From Lama guanicoe (taxonomy: Eukaryota), in NCBI GenBank assembly GCA_013239625.1, contig MU053754.1, positions 1,283,966 through 1,347,965 on the forward strand: DNA of 64,000 nucleotides, in the 5' to 3' direction. A program made the position numbers and the translations under genes. Under the pieces are notes generated by a model. That model searched no databases, was not told the origin of the DNA, and saw only the letters and a list, made by a program, of their open reading frames with translations. Shown here piece after piece: positions 35,021 through 47,373 of the stretch. Each line of letters begins with the position of its first letter. The stretch's first letter is position 1.

Positions 35021-36619
35021 GCTCCTTTTTTTTTTTTTTTTTTTTTTTTTTACAAGGCCATGGCAATGGGAATCGGAGAGTAAGTCAGAGGCACTGGTAC
35101 TTAGGCAGTCAGAGGTGGGGGGTTAGACCTCTGCAAGTGTCATCGTGTGAAGTCTGTACCCCAGGAAAATAGAGAGAGGTGAACAAACAGGACCACTGGG
35201 GTCCCACAACTCCAGATCAACTCTATGAACGCTGCGTTATGTAAATGGAAGGCATGGGAGCATATACTTGGAAAAGGCTCTCCAACCAATGTAATGGATT
35301 TTTACTCTGGAAGCTGCCTCAGTTATCCAAAGCTGAATTACACTGGAGATTTCAGCAGTCTTTCACTAAAGCATGAGGTGAGCATCACCAGCAATATTAG
35401 TGGGGCTTTCGATTCTGTCTGCATAAGCAGATTCCAATGTGTTATCCAAGGTTGAAAACAAATCTTTCAAATGCAGGGCTTTTGAGAGTGAGCCATTTGG
35501 AGTCTCTCTCTCTCTCAACCCCAACTTCTCTCTATAACCCCAATCCTCCCAGTCTCCTTCTCCTGAGCACGATTCAGCCTTCAGCCCTTCTAGAGAACCA
35601 CTAGCTCTCTTCCATGAAAGGGAACTCTCAGCTCTGGCTCAGTTTTGTGTCTTGAGCTTCACTTTAGTTGATGCCTGCAAGGCTTCTCTTCACTCAGGCT
35701 CTGCAAGGCTACGCTCTGGCATTGAATGTGGCCAGAGGAGAAGGTATGGCTTCTCGCCCAGCAACCCGCTGGGTTGGCTTTTTCCTGATCTATAGTGACA
35801 GCAAGCTCACCTCCTACAACGTATTAACTTTGTATCCACAACATGGCTTGTTCTCCTATTTAAGGCATATTCATCCCAGGAATATAACTGAGGATCAGGA
35901 GAATTGTCAAAGTTATCTCCTCTAACACAAAGGGAGGAAGGTCTCAGTTCATCTCACCATGTATGTGAGTGCCAGTAACGTAGGGAGCATTCATTGCATG
36001 TGGAATTGTCTTCAATGCCCACCCTGAATTCACCATTTATTGTTGTTGACAGTTTACCCATACTGGTTCATACGATACTAAATACAGGTCAAGTTAACAC
36101 TATGGTAGCATTTTACTTGATTAAAATACTAAACCTTATTTATGTAATTTAGTGAATATTAATTCACCTGATGTCAAACCATAATTTCACCTAGAGGGTA
36201 TCTGCTTAAGTAAATATTCCTTAATTTCTCTCTAAAAAAAAATGCAGGGTTTGCTTTGATCTCTAATTTTGGAAATTATGTGTAATTACCACTTTGAAAA
36301 TTCACAGCTCTAGTGATTTGAGTGGCAGTGGGGTTAAGGACAAAGATAAGTTAGGAGAGAGGCACGCTCATGAGAAGTGGTGGAGCCCCGTCTACATCCT
36401 GGCAGGAAACCAGCAGAAAGGTGGACGGACTGTCTGGGGAACATTATCACCACAACAAAACAGAAACATGATGTCCCCACCTTCTCTTTATTACACCAAA
36501 AATGCCTCTAAGTTTGTGCCTCTTTATAACACCAAAAGTGCCTCTTACTTGTTACTATTATTTTCTGAGTATCAAACTCACATAATTTTTAAAAGTATGC
36601 TTATTAGATTTTTCCCAAG

Positions 36620-37080
36620 TGACAAAATTATGTTCATTGAAAAAAGATGATCATAACAACAAAAAAGGAAAGCCAACATTTTCCTCTCTCCTTGCCTAGT
36701 TTTACAGTAATTTTGTGACACTCCCTGCTAACAGTTTCATATGCATTCTGCCATGTTTTTCTCAATGTGTATATTGCATACGAACATAATGATATTCCTT
36801 TCAATAAAAGCAATTTATACACCGTACACCAAAATGCATTTTAATTTTTATAACAATGGAAACCTTATAAATAATTTTTGATTCTTGAGTTTTGGAAAAT
36901 CAATTTTTGGTTTGAGAAATATAGATTGCATAGTTACAGGGGAGCAAGAAAAGTAACATCAATGTTTGAACTATCCGTGATACTTGTATTAAACATTAAA
37001 ACACAATTGGCAGTGCTTTTCCAAGAGATTTCCATTGTCTTACACCACACAAATACCCAGGAGAGTATTTATAATGACCC
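36620..37080 (-). mobile_element. Old L1ME-like fragments
   Basis: ctgctaacagtttcatatgcattctgcc...ttggcagtgcttttccaagagatttccattgtcttacaccacac; very diverged. Confidence 0.4.
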
Positions 37081-38004
37081 TGAATAGCCAAACACCTTAG
37101 ATCCTTCCAGAAGAGTGCAGATACCCAAATATGCTCATTAATCAAGGCTCAACTAACAGGTGCAAGAAATTCTATTGGATGGTTGGTTGACTGAAAAATA
37201 GCTGAACTGGATAATTTAAATATATTTGAATGTTTCTACTTATCATCTTTCAAATATCATTGACATATTCTCAAATTCAGACAACTGCCTGGTTTTCATG
37301 CTCTACACAAAGCCTGCACTGAATTATTTCCCATTGTATACAGCATTCGAATTTTTTAAAAAATCCTCTTCTCCTTCAGCATTTTCTTCAATTGTGAAGA
37401 GAAGTATCCTCAACCAGGAGTCTTGAGGGGGCAGGTCATGTTGATTTTACTCTGGGTTCCCTTCGTTCATACTCTTAAATGTAATTGGTTGGCCCTAATG
37501 AGCAAGTTCAGTAATATTAGTATCCTTATAATTTTTTTTCCTAGATTCTCCCAACATAATAAACCAGGAAAAAAGCCCTTTAATTTCCTGTTTTTCTTTT
37601 TTGGTGGAAAAGTTACAAAAGCTAGAACAGGAGCGATTTAATAACTGATCACTATAACAGATCACCAAAAATGAGATTTTAGGATATCAAAAGATTTTTG
37701 CAAAGGAAAAGAAATACAGAACTTGCTTTTTATGACTCATGGCTTTCTTCTACATAAAAGGAATGTATTCCTACTGAGATTCATTTTTTTTCAAGATCCC
37801 ACTCCTTCAAGCATATATCTGGCCAAAAATAACTCAGAAGCAGTAAACTTTACTCTCTTGGAGCTCTGGGCCACATTTCAGATATTACTATGAATGTCAG
37901 GGCTGCTGGGGCCTCGTAAGCAATGCTGACTTCTAGCAAGACAGAGCCTTTTCAAAGAAGAATGGAGAAGCTGTGCGTCAGAAGTGGGTATCTCCCAACG
38001 CCAC

Positions 38005-38430
38005 TGAGTCAGTTAGCTACAGCTGCATAACAAATGTCTACAATCTCAGTGTCTTAAAGCAACTCTGGGGAGTGACTGAGTACTTCACTGGTCTTGCCCG
38101 AGCTCACTGCCCAAGCTGCAGTTATGAGCTAAAGGTTCTAAGAGGGCCTTGCTCAAGTGTCTGAAGCCTCAGTGAAGAGGCCAGGATGGTGGGGATGGAT
38201 GGCCTCCTCTCCACCTGGTTTCTTGCACCTGGATTCCTCAGAAAGGGCAGTCTCAGGATTCTAAGAGTGTGAGAGTGGAAGCTGCAAAGTCTCTGGAGGT
38301 CTTGGCTGGAAGGTTCACATCGTCTCATTCTACTAGGCAGAGGCAAACCATCTCAGCCTCGAAGGGATGGAGAAAGAGATGCTACCTCTTAATAAAGACG
38401 TTGCACAGAATCAAAGGCCATTTCAATCCA
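38005..38430 (-). mobile_element. MaLR LTR, MLT1H/I-like
   Basis: tgagtcagttagctacagctgcataacaaa...caatctcagtgtcttaaagcaac...gtggaagctgcaaagtctctggaggtcttggctgg. Confidence 0.7.
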
Positions 38431-39194
38431 CTTCAGAAAATCAAAGCTCTCTCACACCTCTTCCACCCAGCCCTGTCCCATCCAAGCCTGGAAACAATGA
38501 TGATGGGTAAGAGCCACCATCACCTTCCAGGACTTCAATATGACCACCTGAGAGCGGGATTTTCCATAGCACACGTCTCCAGGTGAAGTGGAGAAGGAAG
38601 CGCAAGGTGATGCAGCACGATACACCACAACTGTAAAAGATGAAGGAAAAGTTTAAAAGGCATGTTGAATTGCAGTAGGAACCGCAGTCAAACAAGATCA
38701 CGCTACAGAGCTTTAAATTTAGAGCAATCATGTACAGTTTACAGAAATCATGTACAAAGTTTGACGACTCTTCATGTGATATCTACCAGTTTTAAAAAAC
38801 AACTGTTTATACATGCAGGAGATAATATCTTTAACGAGTCATTTCATACCATTAATTCCCAATTAATAAGTGACAAGCTACAGATAGCTGACTTATAAGA
38901 AAAGTTGATAATGACTCATTACAGTCTCCCATTAATAAATGGAGTCGATATCACCCACCTCATAGGAACTGCTTGATAATTAGATATGTCCCCATGTGCC
39001 AATTTCACCAAATGGTGTCTGGAACATAATAAATTATCTATAACATTTAGTGTAATGATAATTATGATTAATGTCACTAAAAGAGTTTATCTTTTCAGTA
39101 GTAGTAAATTTTGTATTTAATTTCAGAAGTCAGGAAGACAATTTTTGCTCTTCTGTAAGATAAAATAACAAAGGCTTATGTACTTAGGGTGTAA

Positions 39195-39198
39195 TACA

Positions 39199-39232
<34 letters not shown>
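39195..39232 (+). repeat. Interrupted (CA)n microsatellite
   Basis: Direct reading. Confidence 0.95.
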
Positions 39233-39289
39233 ATTTGAGCTGTGTCAACTAAAACTTTCGGAGTGAAGGAGACAGAGCCTGCCGTTGGA

Positions 39290-39520
39290 GTCACTTAATT
39301 TAATAAACATATATACAAGGTTTGCCTTATGCCAGGGGCAATTCTAGAGAACTTTAGGCATTAATTTATTTGGGCCCCAGAACAAACTTATAAAGTCGGT
39401 ACTTTCATTACTTACATTTTAAAGACAAAGAAGTCAAGGCATGGAAAGGTCCACACCAGTAATGATACAGCTGTGACTCCAATACAGATGGTTCTGCCTT
39501 TAGAATCCACGTTCTGGCCT
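39290..39520 (-). mobile_element. MIR SINE
   Basis: ttatgccaggggcaattctagagaacttta...acaaacttataaagtcggtact...cattttaaagacaaagaagtcaaggc. Confidence 0.65.
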
Positions 39521-40499
39521 CCACCCTGTCTCCCTATCCACATCCAGGCTGACAAATTCCTCATTCAAAGCCCCACATGGCTATGTAGCTAGCAAGGTAT
39601 GCCCTCTGTTCAATTAAAATTCCACAAGAACTAATGAACTAGAGAATGCTATGTATGGCACTGGCCTAAATTTCAAGGATTCAAGGATGAGACAATTATA
39701 AACAACTGTGAGGCTTTGTTCTGGATGTTCAATTGCTGTGTTGTAAAATACGTATCATAAAGCCTGAGGGGTGGGGATACAGTTGGAGGATGCTGGGGTT
39801 CAGGATCGTAACTTCAAATTCATCCGTCCTCAGACTTGAATTTGGCCAAGAGGGACAATGGGTTATGCAGTCATACAACTGCGCACTTCTTGCTTCTGAA
39901 GTCAAACTATGTGGTGACAAGATGCGGGTCTTTAAGGATTGGTTTCCTTCCATGTGAAAATAGAACAAAGAGAGAATGGAGTACAATTCCTCATTTAGTC
40001 TGAAAACAGGACATGCTTCCTAAGTGCTTGTTAATGTTCCCCTGCAAATCACTGGGAAATACACAAGGATGGAAACTTTGCTTTGGTTTAAATTAAAATT
40101 GAGCACAATCACAGAAGCAATGGTTGGCAAGGTCTCCTCTTCTGGGCCCGTGCATTTATTCCTCGGTCGCCTGCAGTTACAAAAAACTCTGCAGCAAACA
40201 GCATTCATTCTCCCATGAAGCCAAGAGGTGCTGGGGGTCTTGGCAGCAGGTGGCTGACTTCCAGGAGAAACAAACTCTTCAAAAGAGGCACTGTCTGGTG
40301 TTAAGAATTCAGCTCACAATGATCAATTCAGACAACATTCAGAAAAGTAAAGAGAGTGTCTTCCTCTTTCATACTGTCATGAAATTCAGAAGTAAAGTTA
40401 ATTTGGGAATCTGGCTGAGCTGCCGGTGACCTCCACCCACATCTCCACAGAATGATAAAAGGCATACTCTTGCTAAAATGAGTTTATGCTTTCAGGTCA

Positions 40500-41015
40500 T
40501 TTTAATCCCAGTGGTCTATTCCAAAGAGCAGAACATTCTTTAAAAGCTTTATATTGTGATTAGATGATTAGGGTTTTAGGGTGTAAGTGGTATTTTTCCT
40601 TCAGCAGAGATCTGCAAAAATTGAATAACTTTTCAATATTTGCCTGAAAGGAAAAAGCCTTCATTTTTCTTACTGTGATCCCAACCCTGACCGTGTCATC
40701 ATTGGACCTGTCTGCTTTCAGACAGCTTGGCTTACCCAAGGCAAGCAAATGCCTTGAAAATGCCTTTATCCAAAAGTACGCATTTTCCGTCTAAGGCAAG
40801 TTTTGAGCACAAACTAATTTCACCAATTCATTTAGGGATAATCAGCTACACTAGAGATGAGATTATTCACAGCACCTCCTAGTATAAAAGCATACTTTTG
40901 GGACCTTGAATATCCCTAGGGAGACAGCCTAGGCTCCTGGCTCACAGCTTCGTGTCAGGACAGCCTAGAAGGTTGTGGACTGCAGCTGGTGGTTTTTCCA
41001 ACAATACAGGTAAGT
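40500..41015 (+). promoter_or_regulatory. Candidate TATA promoter plus short first exon (unannotated, hypothetical)
   Basis: CCAAT 40823-40827, TATAAAAG 40883-40890, five TAATC motifs between 40503 and 40865, and consensus donor CAG|GTAAGT at 41009/41010. Confidence 0.35.
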
Positions 41016-41361
41016 CCTAATTTCTCTGACAGTATAGAAAGTAAATTTGAGATGTCATCACGGCAGAGTATGCCAAAGTGCTACATGAAAGATACACTGC
41101 GTTCTTTTAAATGTTTGCTTTTCCTGCAACAACAGTAAGGAAACCCCCAGGGGTCCAAAATGACAAGGACATTGAAAACAAAGTTGTGGGTAAGAGTGTG
41201 TGCATGTGTGCAGAGCCAGGACAGACACCTGCATCCTCGGAGATGGATGTGAGGATGCAGACGCTGTCGACAGCTTGGGCCCATCAGAAACACTCACCCT
41301 CTGGCTCCCGGGGGCTCTGGTGCAGAAAAGGTTTACATGAGTATTAATAAATGAAGGTCTC

Positions 41362-41447
41362 GTATAACTGAAAATTTGTGCTCTACACTGGAATTTGACA
41401 CAACATTGTAAAATGATTATAAATCAATAAAAAATGTTAAAAAAATA
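41362..41447 (+). mobile_element. Young camelid-type L1 3' stub (about 86 bp)
   Basis: gtataactgaaaatttgtgctctacactggaatttgacacaacattgtaaaatg; 16-bp TSD aataa(a/g)tgaaggtctc (41346-41361 / 41448-41463). Confidence 0.92.
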
Positions 41448-43513
41448 AATAAGTGAAGGTCTCTCCTTGTAAGGAATTGAAATTCAAATCACAACGCCCC
41501 GTGTGATCTGGGGACACCTAAGCTAAGGGTTTTTTTCCAAATGGTACTGTGATGCCAAGTTTGCCACGAAGGAAATCGTTTTTTCAAGTCTTTGCTCCAA
41601 AGTCACCTTCTCAGTGAGGCCTCCGGTGGTCATAGGATGAAATTTGCCCTCATCCCAATTCCCTTGTCCAGGAGCACTCACTGCCTTCTAGTTTCATGCT
41701 GTGGACATTACTCGATTATCGGATCATTTGCCGTCCCCAGCAACAAGACTGGGATTTCCAGGAGGACAGGCGCTCCGTACCTGCATACAGGAGCCTCCCG
41801 AATGGTCTCTGTTACAACTGGCATCCACGCGGACTGGACAGTCACGGGAGGCCTCTGAGTGCTGCATGCCTGTCTGGACCACCGGGTTAGATACAGACAC
41901 TTTCCTAAACACACTGAGACTTTCCAGCTTAGTGCTGGGTTGAGTGGGTGGACTTGAATCTGGTGATTGCAAAGTGAAATGAAGAAACTGCGTGCCTGTG
42001 TGAGTGAACAAACAACTGGTGGGGGTGGGAGGGAGCAGGAGGGTCCCGAGGAGTGAGGGAACGGTCAGCACGGATAGGATCAGGAACTGCAGCCAGAAAA
42101 CCTCAACACGCCTGGCCCAGGCCCAGCACAGAAGCAGAGTCATAAAGGAGCCTGACGTCTCTGAAAGGAGGCGATCCCACAGTGGGCGTGAGATGGACAC
42201 AAGGTTTCAATGATCCTTCCCAGGAAGTCAGATACTGATAGAGAACGCCCCCGAGTAACGCAAAATTCCAGCAGCGCCTGGCAAGGTGCGTTATCTTCCC
42301 CTAATTGAAATGAAAATGTCAGCTGTTCATCAGCCAAGTTTATAATCTGTCTTCCACCAGTGCCCCAGAGAGCAGCTAAGAAGATGTAACGGCAAACCCC
42401 ATCAGGGTCCCCAGCAGATTTCAATCCTTCTGCTCGTAACACAGCACTCCATCCATGAGGCCATGATCAAGGGTATTCTGAGTTTTCCAGAAACTGCAGA
42501 AGAAAGTGACGGACTGGCAACCCAAACAGCCTCCCATTTCATCCTAGGCATTCTTCCTCATCCACATGCCCTCTCTTCCTCCTGGGTAAGGCCCGCTTTT
42601 CCCTTCTGCTGCTTCGCGATATGCTAGCCGCAGCTTCCCACAGCTGTCTGGTAACTGATCTCTTCCCAGGGCTGTCTTGTGAGGCTTGTATTTTACACAC
42701 GGGAAAGACATTCCCTGTCGAACGCCATCCCTCTGAAGCTTTTCTGAGAGAATCAAAGCAAAGATTTGACACTTCTCTTGCTTGCTGTTTTCGTTTTTGC
42801 ATTTTATTTTGAACACTCCATTTACCTCAACTAACCACACACACAAAACTTGCCTTTCCCCATTGCTTCTCATCTCTTTCTTATCTCTCATGCCATGTAG
42901 TACCATGACCAGAACATCTCCAATTTTAATTTTTAAATAGCTTCCAAGGCTGTTCCAAGATAAATACAGACCTAGAATTCCTAAGTAGACGCTGGAGTCG
43001 CTCGCTTACCATTTTATGAATTAATACATAAATAAGTCCCTTTGTAAAAACATTTATCAAATTTAGTACCACAAAATATGAGACGCAATATTTAGCAAAG
43101 CACCTCAGTACCTGTAATCAAGAGGCACTGTTTTGGGCTTCAAGACAGAATCTATTTTCCTATATTGTGTAACATGAAATAGCTCTTTTCAACTCAAACT
43201 TGATACGTATGCCATTTAACATACGTAGATTCTGCCTGAAACGGGCTGTGATTCATTCTCACCAAACTCCGTGCATACAAGTGACCAGGACCTGCTTTGT
43301 GACAACCAGGGTTAGAGACATCATCTTTCTGGGGTGGTGGAGTGGGGGGACCAAGAGCAGTGGCTCATTTAGGAAATAAAGAAAGCCCTCAGAGGACATC
43401 ACCTCATGTGGAATGCAGAGCTAGAGCTGGCCAAGACACAAATATCTCGAGGTTTCACTTTGTTTTGTTTACTCCACAGTGGAAAGCTGTATTCTATTCA
43501 GGGCTCCTTCTAT

Positions 43514-44470
43514 TGTGGCAGTCTGAATAGGGGACCCTCACCAGATTTGCATGTCCTCGCCTCCAGATTCCGTGAATATGTTATGTGACCCAGCAAAAGG
43601 AGTTTGCAGCTGTGATTCAGAATCTGGAGGAGGGGAGGTGATCGGGGGTCACGTAAGTGGGAGTGTAATCACAGGAGGGAGGCAGAAGGGAGATGTGAGT
43701 CCAGAGAATGCGACTCAGAGTGATGCAGCATGAGGAAGAGTCAGCCAGCCAGCGCTGGCTTTGAAGGTGCAGGAAGGGGCCACAAGCCAAGGAGAATAGG
43801 CGGCCTCTAGATGCTGGAAAAGGCAAGAAAACAGATTCTCCAAAAAGAATGATCCAAGAAGGAACACAGCCCTGACGACGCCCTGATTTTAGCCTAGTGT
43901 TTTAGTCAGGGTTCTCCAGAGCAACAGGACCACTAAGAGATTTAGAATGAGGCACACTGGCTGACGCGACTCTGGAGGCTGAGAAGTCCTACCACCTGCC
44001 GTCTGCAAACTGGAGACCCAGGAAAGCCAGCGGTATAACTCAGTCTGAGTCCAAAGGCCTGAGAACCAGGGGAGTCGATGTGTAAACCTCAGCTGGAGGG
44101 CAGGCAGAGATGAGATGAGATGCCCCTGCCCACAGTGAGGCAGGAGGAAAAGGGATGAATTCATCCCGCATACACTTTCTGTTCTATGCAGGCCCTTGAC
44201 GGATAAGATGGTGTCCACCCTGGGGAAGGCCATTGCTAGACTGAGTTCACCGACTTAAATGCCCATCGTGTTAGGAAACACTCTCCCAGACACATCCACA
44301 AGTAACGCTACATAACCTGGACACCCCACTGCCAGTGAGGCTGACACATAAAATCAGCCATCACACCCAGTGAGACTGATTCTGGACTTCCGACTCCAGA
44401 ATAGAAGATAATAGATTTTTGCAGTTTTATCCACTAAGTTGGCAGTAGTTGGTTACAGCAGCGATCAAAG
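43514..44470 (+). mobile_element. MaLR LTR, MLT1D/E-like, split by MLT2B
   Basis: tgtggcagtctgaata...gtgaatatgttatgtgac...ggccacaagccaagg...gctggaaaaggcaagaaaacagattctcc...gattttagcctag|cccagtgagactgattctggacttc. Confidence 0.88.
43898..44365 (-). mobile_element. ERVL solo LTR, MLT2B-like, nested in MLT1
   Basis: tgttttagtcagggttctccagag...ctgcaaactggagacccaggaaagcc...gacacataaaatcagccatcaca; 5-bp TSD cctag (43893-43897) / cccag (44366-44370). Confidence 0.92.
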
Positions 44471-44618
44471 TGGTGTCTAGGAGTCAGGACAGCCTGGCTG
44501 TTAGGAGACAGGAAGGAATCAGGCTGCCCGCATTTGGACTTGTTCTGCCACTTAGCTTTTGGCCTTAGGCAAGCTTCCCAAACTATCATCCTGAAAGACG
44601 ATACTAAGGGTATATACC

Positions 44619-45000
44619 TGTCCAGTCTGGAGTGCCTCAGAAGCTGACCTTAAAACAAGGATTCAAATGCAAGAGTTATTTGGAAGGTCCAGAGGATATC
44701 CGTGGGGGTGGAAGGAGATGCAGAGAAGGAAGAAATATACATGAGCTGTGTCACTAAGCCAGCCAGCCATACAGTGGGCACCCGGCACTTCATTCCTTGG
44801 GTAACAGTCCCACAGTCTCCCTCAGAATGGCCCCAGTCTCCCCCACGCCTACCACCCTCTTGCCAACCTCCCTGTCCTGCTCTCAGGAGGGAGAGCTGAG
44901 GTATTTGCTGCAAATCCCTGAAAATAAGTGGTTGATGGCTGCTCCTTGAGGTGTTCATTCCCATTGCTTCCCACCTGGGGTTTGGCCAGAATGGCCTTTA
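44619..45000 (-). mobile_element. ERVL LTR, LTR33-like
   Basis: cagaagctgaccttaaaacaaggattcaaatgcaagagttatttggaagg resembles the LTR33 antisense start; 3' extent uncertain. Confidence 0.5.
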
Positions 45001-45494
45001 GCATATGTGGTTCCAAAATGAAAAGAGAGAGAAAGAGCAAAGACACACAGATGGTGGCAGCTGGCTGCAGGAGAAGAGGACTGGAGGGACGGGGGTGGGG
45101 GCGGAGAGACTGCTGCAGTCCTTTGTAGGGGGTCTGGAGGATTCATGCCATGTCTCCATCTTTCCCTTACGCAGGGCCCAGCACACAGAAAGTGCTCAAT
45201 AAAGGTTAGTTATCACAACCACTAGGGCCCTCTCCTCTGTTCCCAAAGCTCCCTAGCTGTTGTCCTTAGCAACCTGCACTGTGACCACCTGGTAACCTCA
45301 TATTGCCCTGAGTCAACTGTTAAGAGATGCAGGGCAGCAGCTGGGACTTCTTGATTTGTGTGCAAATGCCACGGCGGCACATGGCGGGGCCTCATAAATG
45401 TCTGTTGAGTGGCTGCTGCATGAATCATGCATGACAACCCAAAGCACTTGGCAGTAGGAAGAAAGGACATTTAAGAGTGAAGAAGAGGCAACAA

Positions 45495-46035
45495 AGAGTG
45501 ACCACGTGACCCAGCAACTCCACTCCTCGGTATATACCCAAAAGTGTTGAAAACAGTGACTCCACGTACTTATATACAAATATTCATAGCTGCGTTATCA
45601 TCAAGACATAGAAACAACTGAAAGATTTATCAATAGATGAGTGGATAGAGAAAATGTGGTCCATCCATACCACAGAAGACTACATGGCCATAAAAAGGAA
45701 TGAAACACCGATACCCACTACAGCACGAGTGAAGCTCGAGAGCACTATGGTAAGTGAAGGGAGCCAGTCACAAGGCCAGATACTGGAGGATTCCAGTATA
45801 TGAAAGAACCATGACAGCAGTATCTGTTGAGTCAGAAAGTGGCTACCAGGGGCTGGGGTTGGGGTGGGGAGTGTGGGCTAATCCGGGTTTCCCTATTAAG
45901 TGATGAAAATGCTCTAGAATTAGGGGTGATGGTTGCACAACCTAATGAAGGTACTAAAGGGAACTGTTCACTTTATAATGATTAAAATGATGAGTTTTTA
46001 ATTTATGCATATTCCACCTCATTAAAAAAAAAAAG
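45495..46035 (+). mobile_element. L1MB-like 3' end
   Basis: gacccagcaactccactcctcggtatatacccaaaag...gccataaaaaggaatgaa...gatgaaaatgctctagaatt...ggtgatggttgcacaac...ccacctcattaaaaaaaaaa. Confidence 0.9.
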
Positions 46036-46159
46036 AAAAGCGCAAGAAAGAAAAACAACTCTCTTGATGTCAGGAAATCAGGCTAGTATGGGAGCAGAGG
46101 ACCACACTTCCCCATTTCTGGAGCAGAACGCTGTGAAAATCTCAAAGTTTCAAAATAAG

Positions 46160-46325
46160 CAAACTGAGTTTGAATCCTAACTCCACTCACGACCAGACAG
46201 GTGAGCGGCAGTTGAGGGTCATTTTTAGCAAAGTGGAGGTGAATGCATTCCAGGACTGTCCGGAGGCATAAAGGGAGAAACGGACAAATGCTCCTAGCAC
46301 GTAGTAGGCTCTTTAATGAACGTGA
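46160..46325 (+). mobile_element. MIR SINE (decayed)
   Basis: actgagtttgaatcctaactccactcac...cctagcacgtagtaggctctttaatgaa. Confidence 0.55.
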
Positions 46326-47168
46326 GCAGACAGCCATCCGGACTTTGGTGGCTCCATCCTACACAGCAGTGTGCGCAGTCCTTCTGCCAGGCCAGAAGAA
46401 GCGTCATTACGGCTAACATTTTGCAGAACGTGTTTAAGATCTACTGCAGTCTTTGTTCCCACCCTTTCCCGGGTGAAGGACTCATGCATCAGACACCCTC
46501 CTTCACTTCTGGAAAGCAAGGAAGCCAAGTCTCATTGAAGGACCACCTATGCAGCAAGGATACTACCCAGGCCGTATTTTCAGACCATAGAACCGACAGT
46601 GAGAACTCGGCCTCGCCTTAACCCACAGGGCTGAGTTCACAATGTCTGTCTCACAGAGAATGCCAAAGCGAAACAATGGATGCCCTGAGCTTTGTCACCT
46701 TCCACAACTGTCACCCCTCCTACATACTTACGAGTTTACGGTCTTGGCAAAGGTCTAGCTCCAGTTAGACTTAGTGTCTCCCCTTTAAACCAACCGGCAA
46801 AACCAGTGGGTTGAGACTGCCAACTTTCAGAGTCACTTCGCCAGCTCTCCCAGGAACGCTGTAAACTGCAGAATCTTTGCAGCCCAGTGAGCAGGAAAGG
46901 CCCTCCCGGATTCCAGAGCCTGGCCTTTGCTTGCTCTTTAAAATGCACCACAGTTGCTGAAAGATGCCTGTTTTGTTTTTAAAAACTTTTCTAATGGGCT
47001 CACAGAGGTCAGCTCTCTACTGCTGTACACAGTGCCCATTAAATTTAGATTACTGAAGGCTTTCCCTGTCACTGTCAATTTGCCAGGCTTACTGGGAATA
47101 AGCAACATTCCTATTAAATTTAATAAGCATTTAAGAAATATCAACAGGGGGTCTAGATCCATTTATAG

Positions 47169-47373
47169 TAGTGGTTCTCAACCTCGGGCCATTTTGCAGC
47201 CCCCCGGGGACCTTAGCCACTGTCTGGAAACATTTTTGGTTCTCAGGACTGGAGATGGGCACTGCTACCGGCATCCAGTGGGCAGAGTTCCGGGATGCTG
47301 GTAAACATCCTACTACCTCCAGCAAAAATAACATGGGCCCCAAATGTCACTTATTCCAAGGTTGAGAAAACTT
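47169..47373 (+). mobile_element. MER20
   Basis: tagtggttctcaacctcggg...tgtctggaaacatttttggtt...ggcatccagtgggcagag...gggatgctggtaaacatcctac...aaggttgagaaaac. Confidence 0.9.

Noticed and set aside
36484..36545. CRISPR-like or iteron-like repeat
   Set aside because: Only two copies, a 10-bp spacer, mammalian context and no cas genes
41298..41316. 19-nt minus-strand micro-exon (donor AGG|GTGAGT)
   Set aside because: Not frame-preserving, short pyrimidine tract and no supporting neighbouring exons
46732..46859. Minus-strand coding exon candidate with GTAAGT donor
   Set aside because: Stop codons in all three frames
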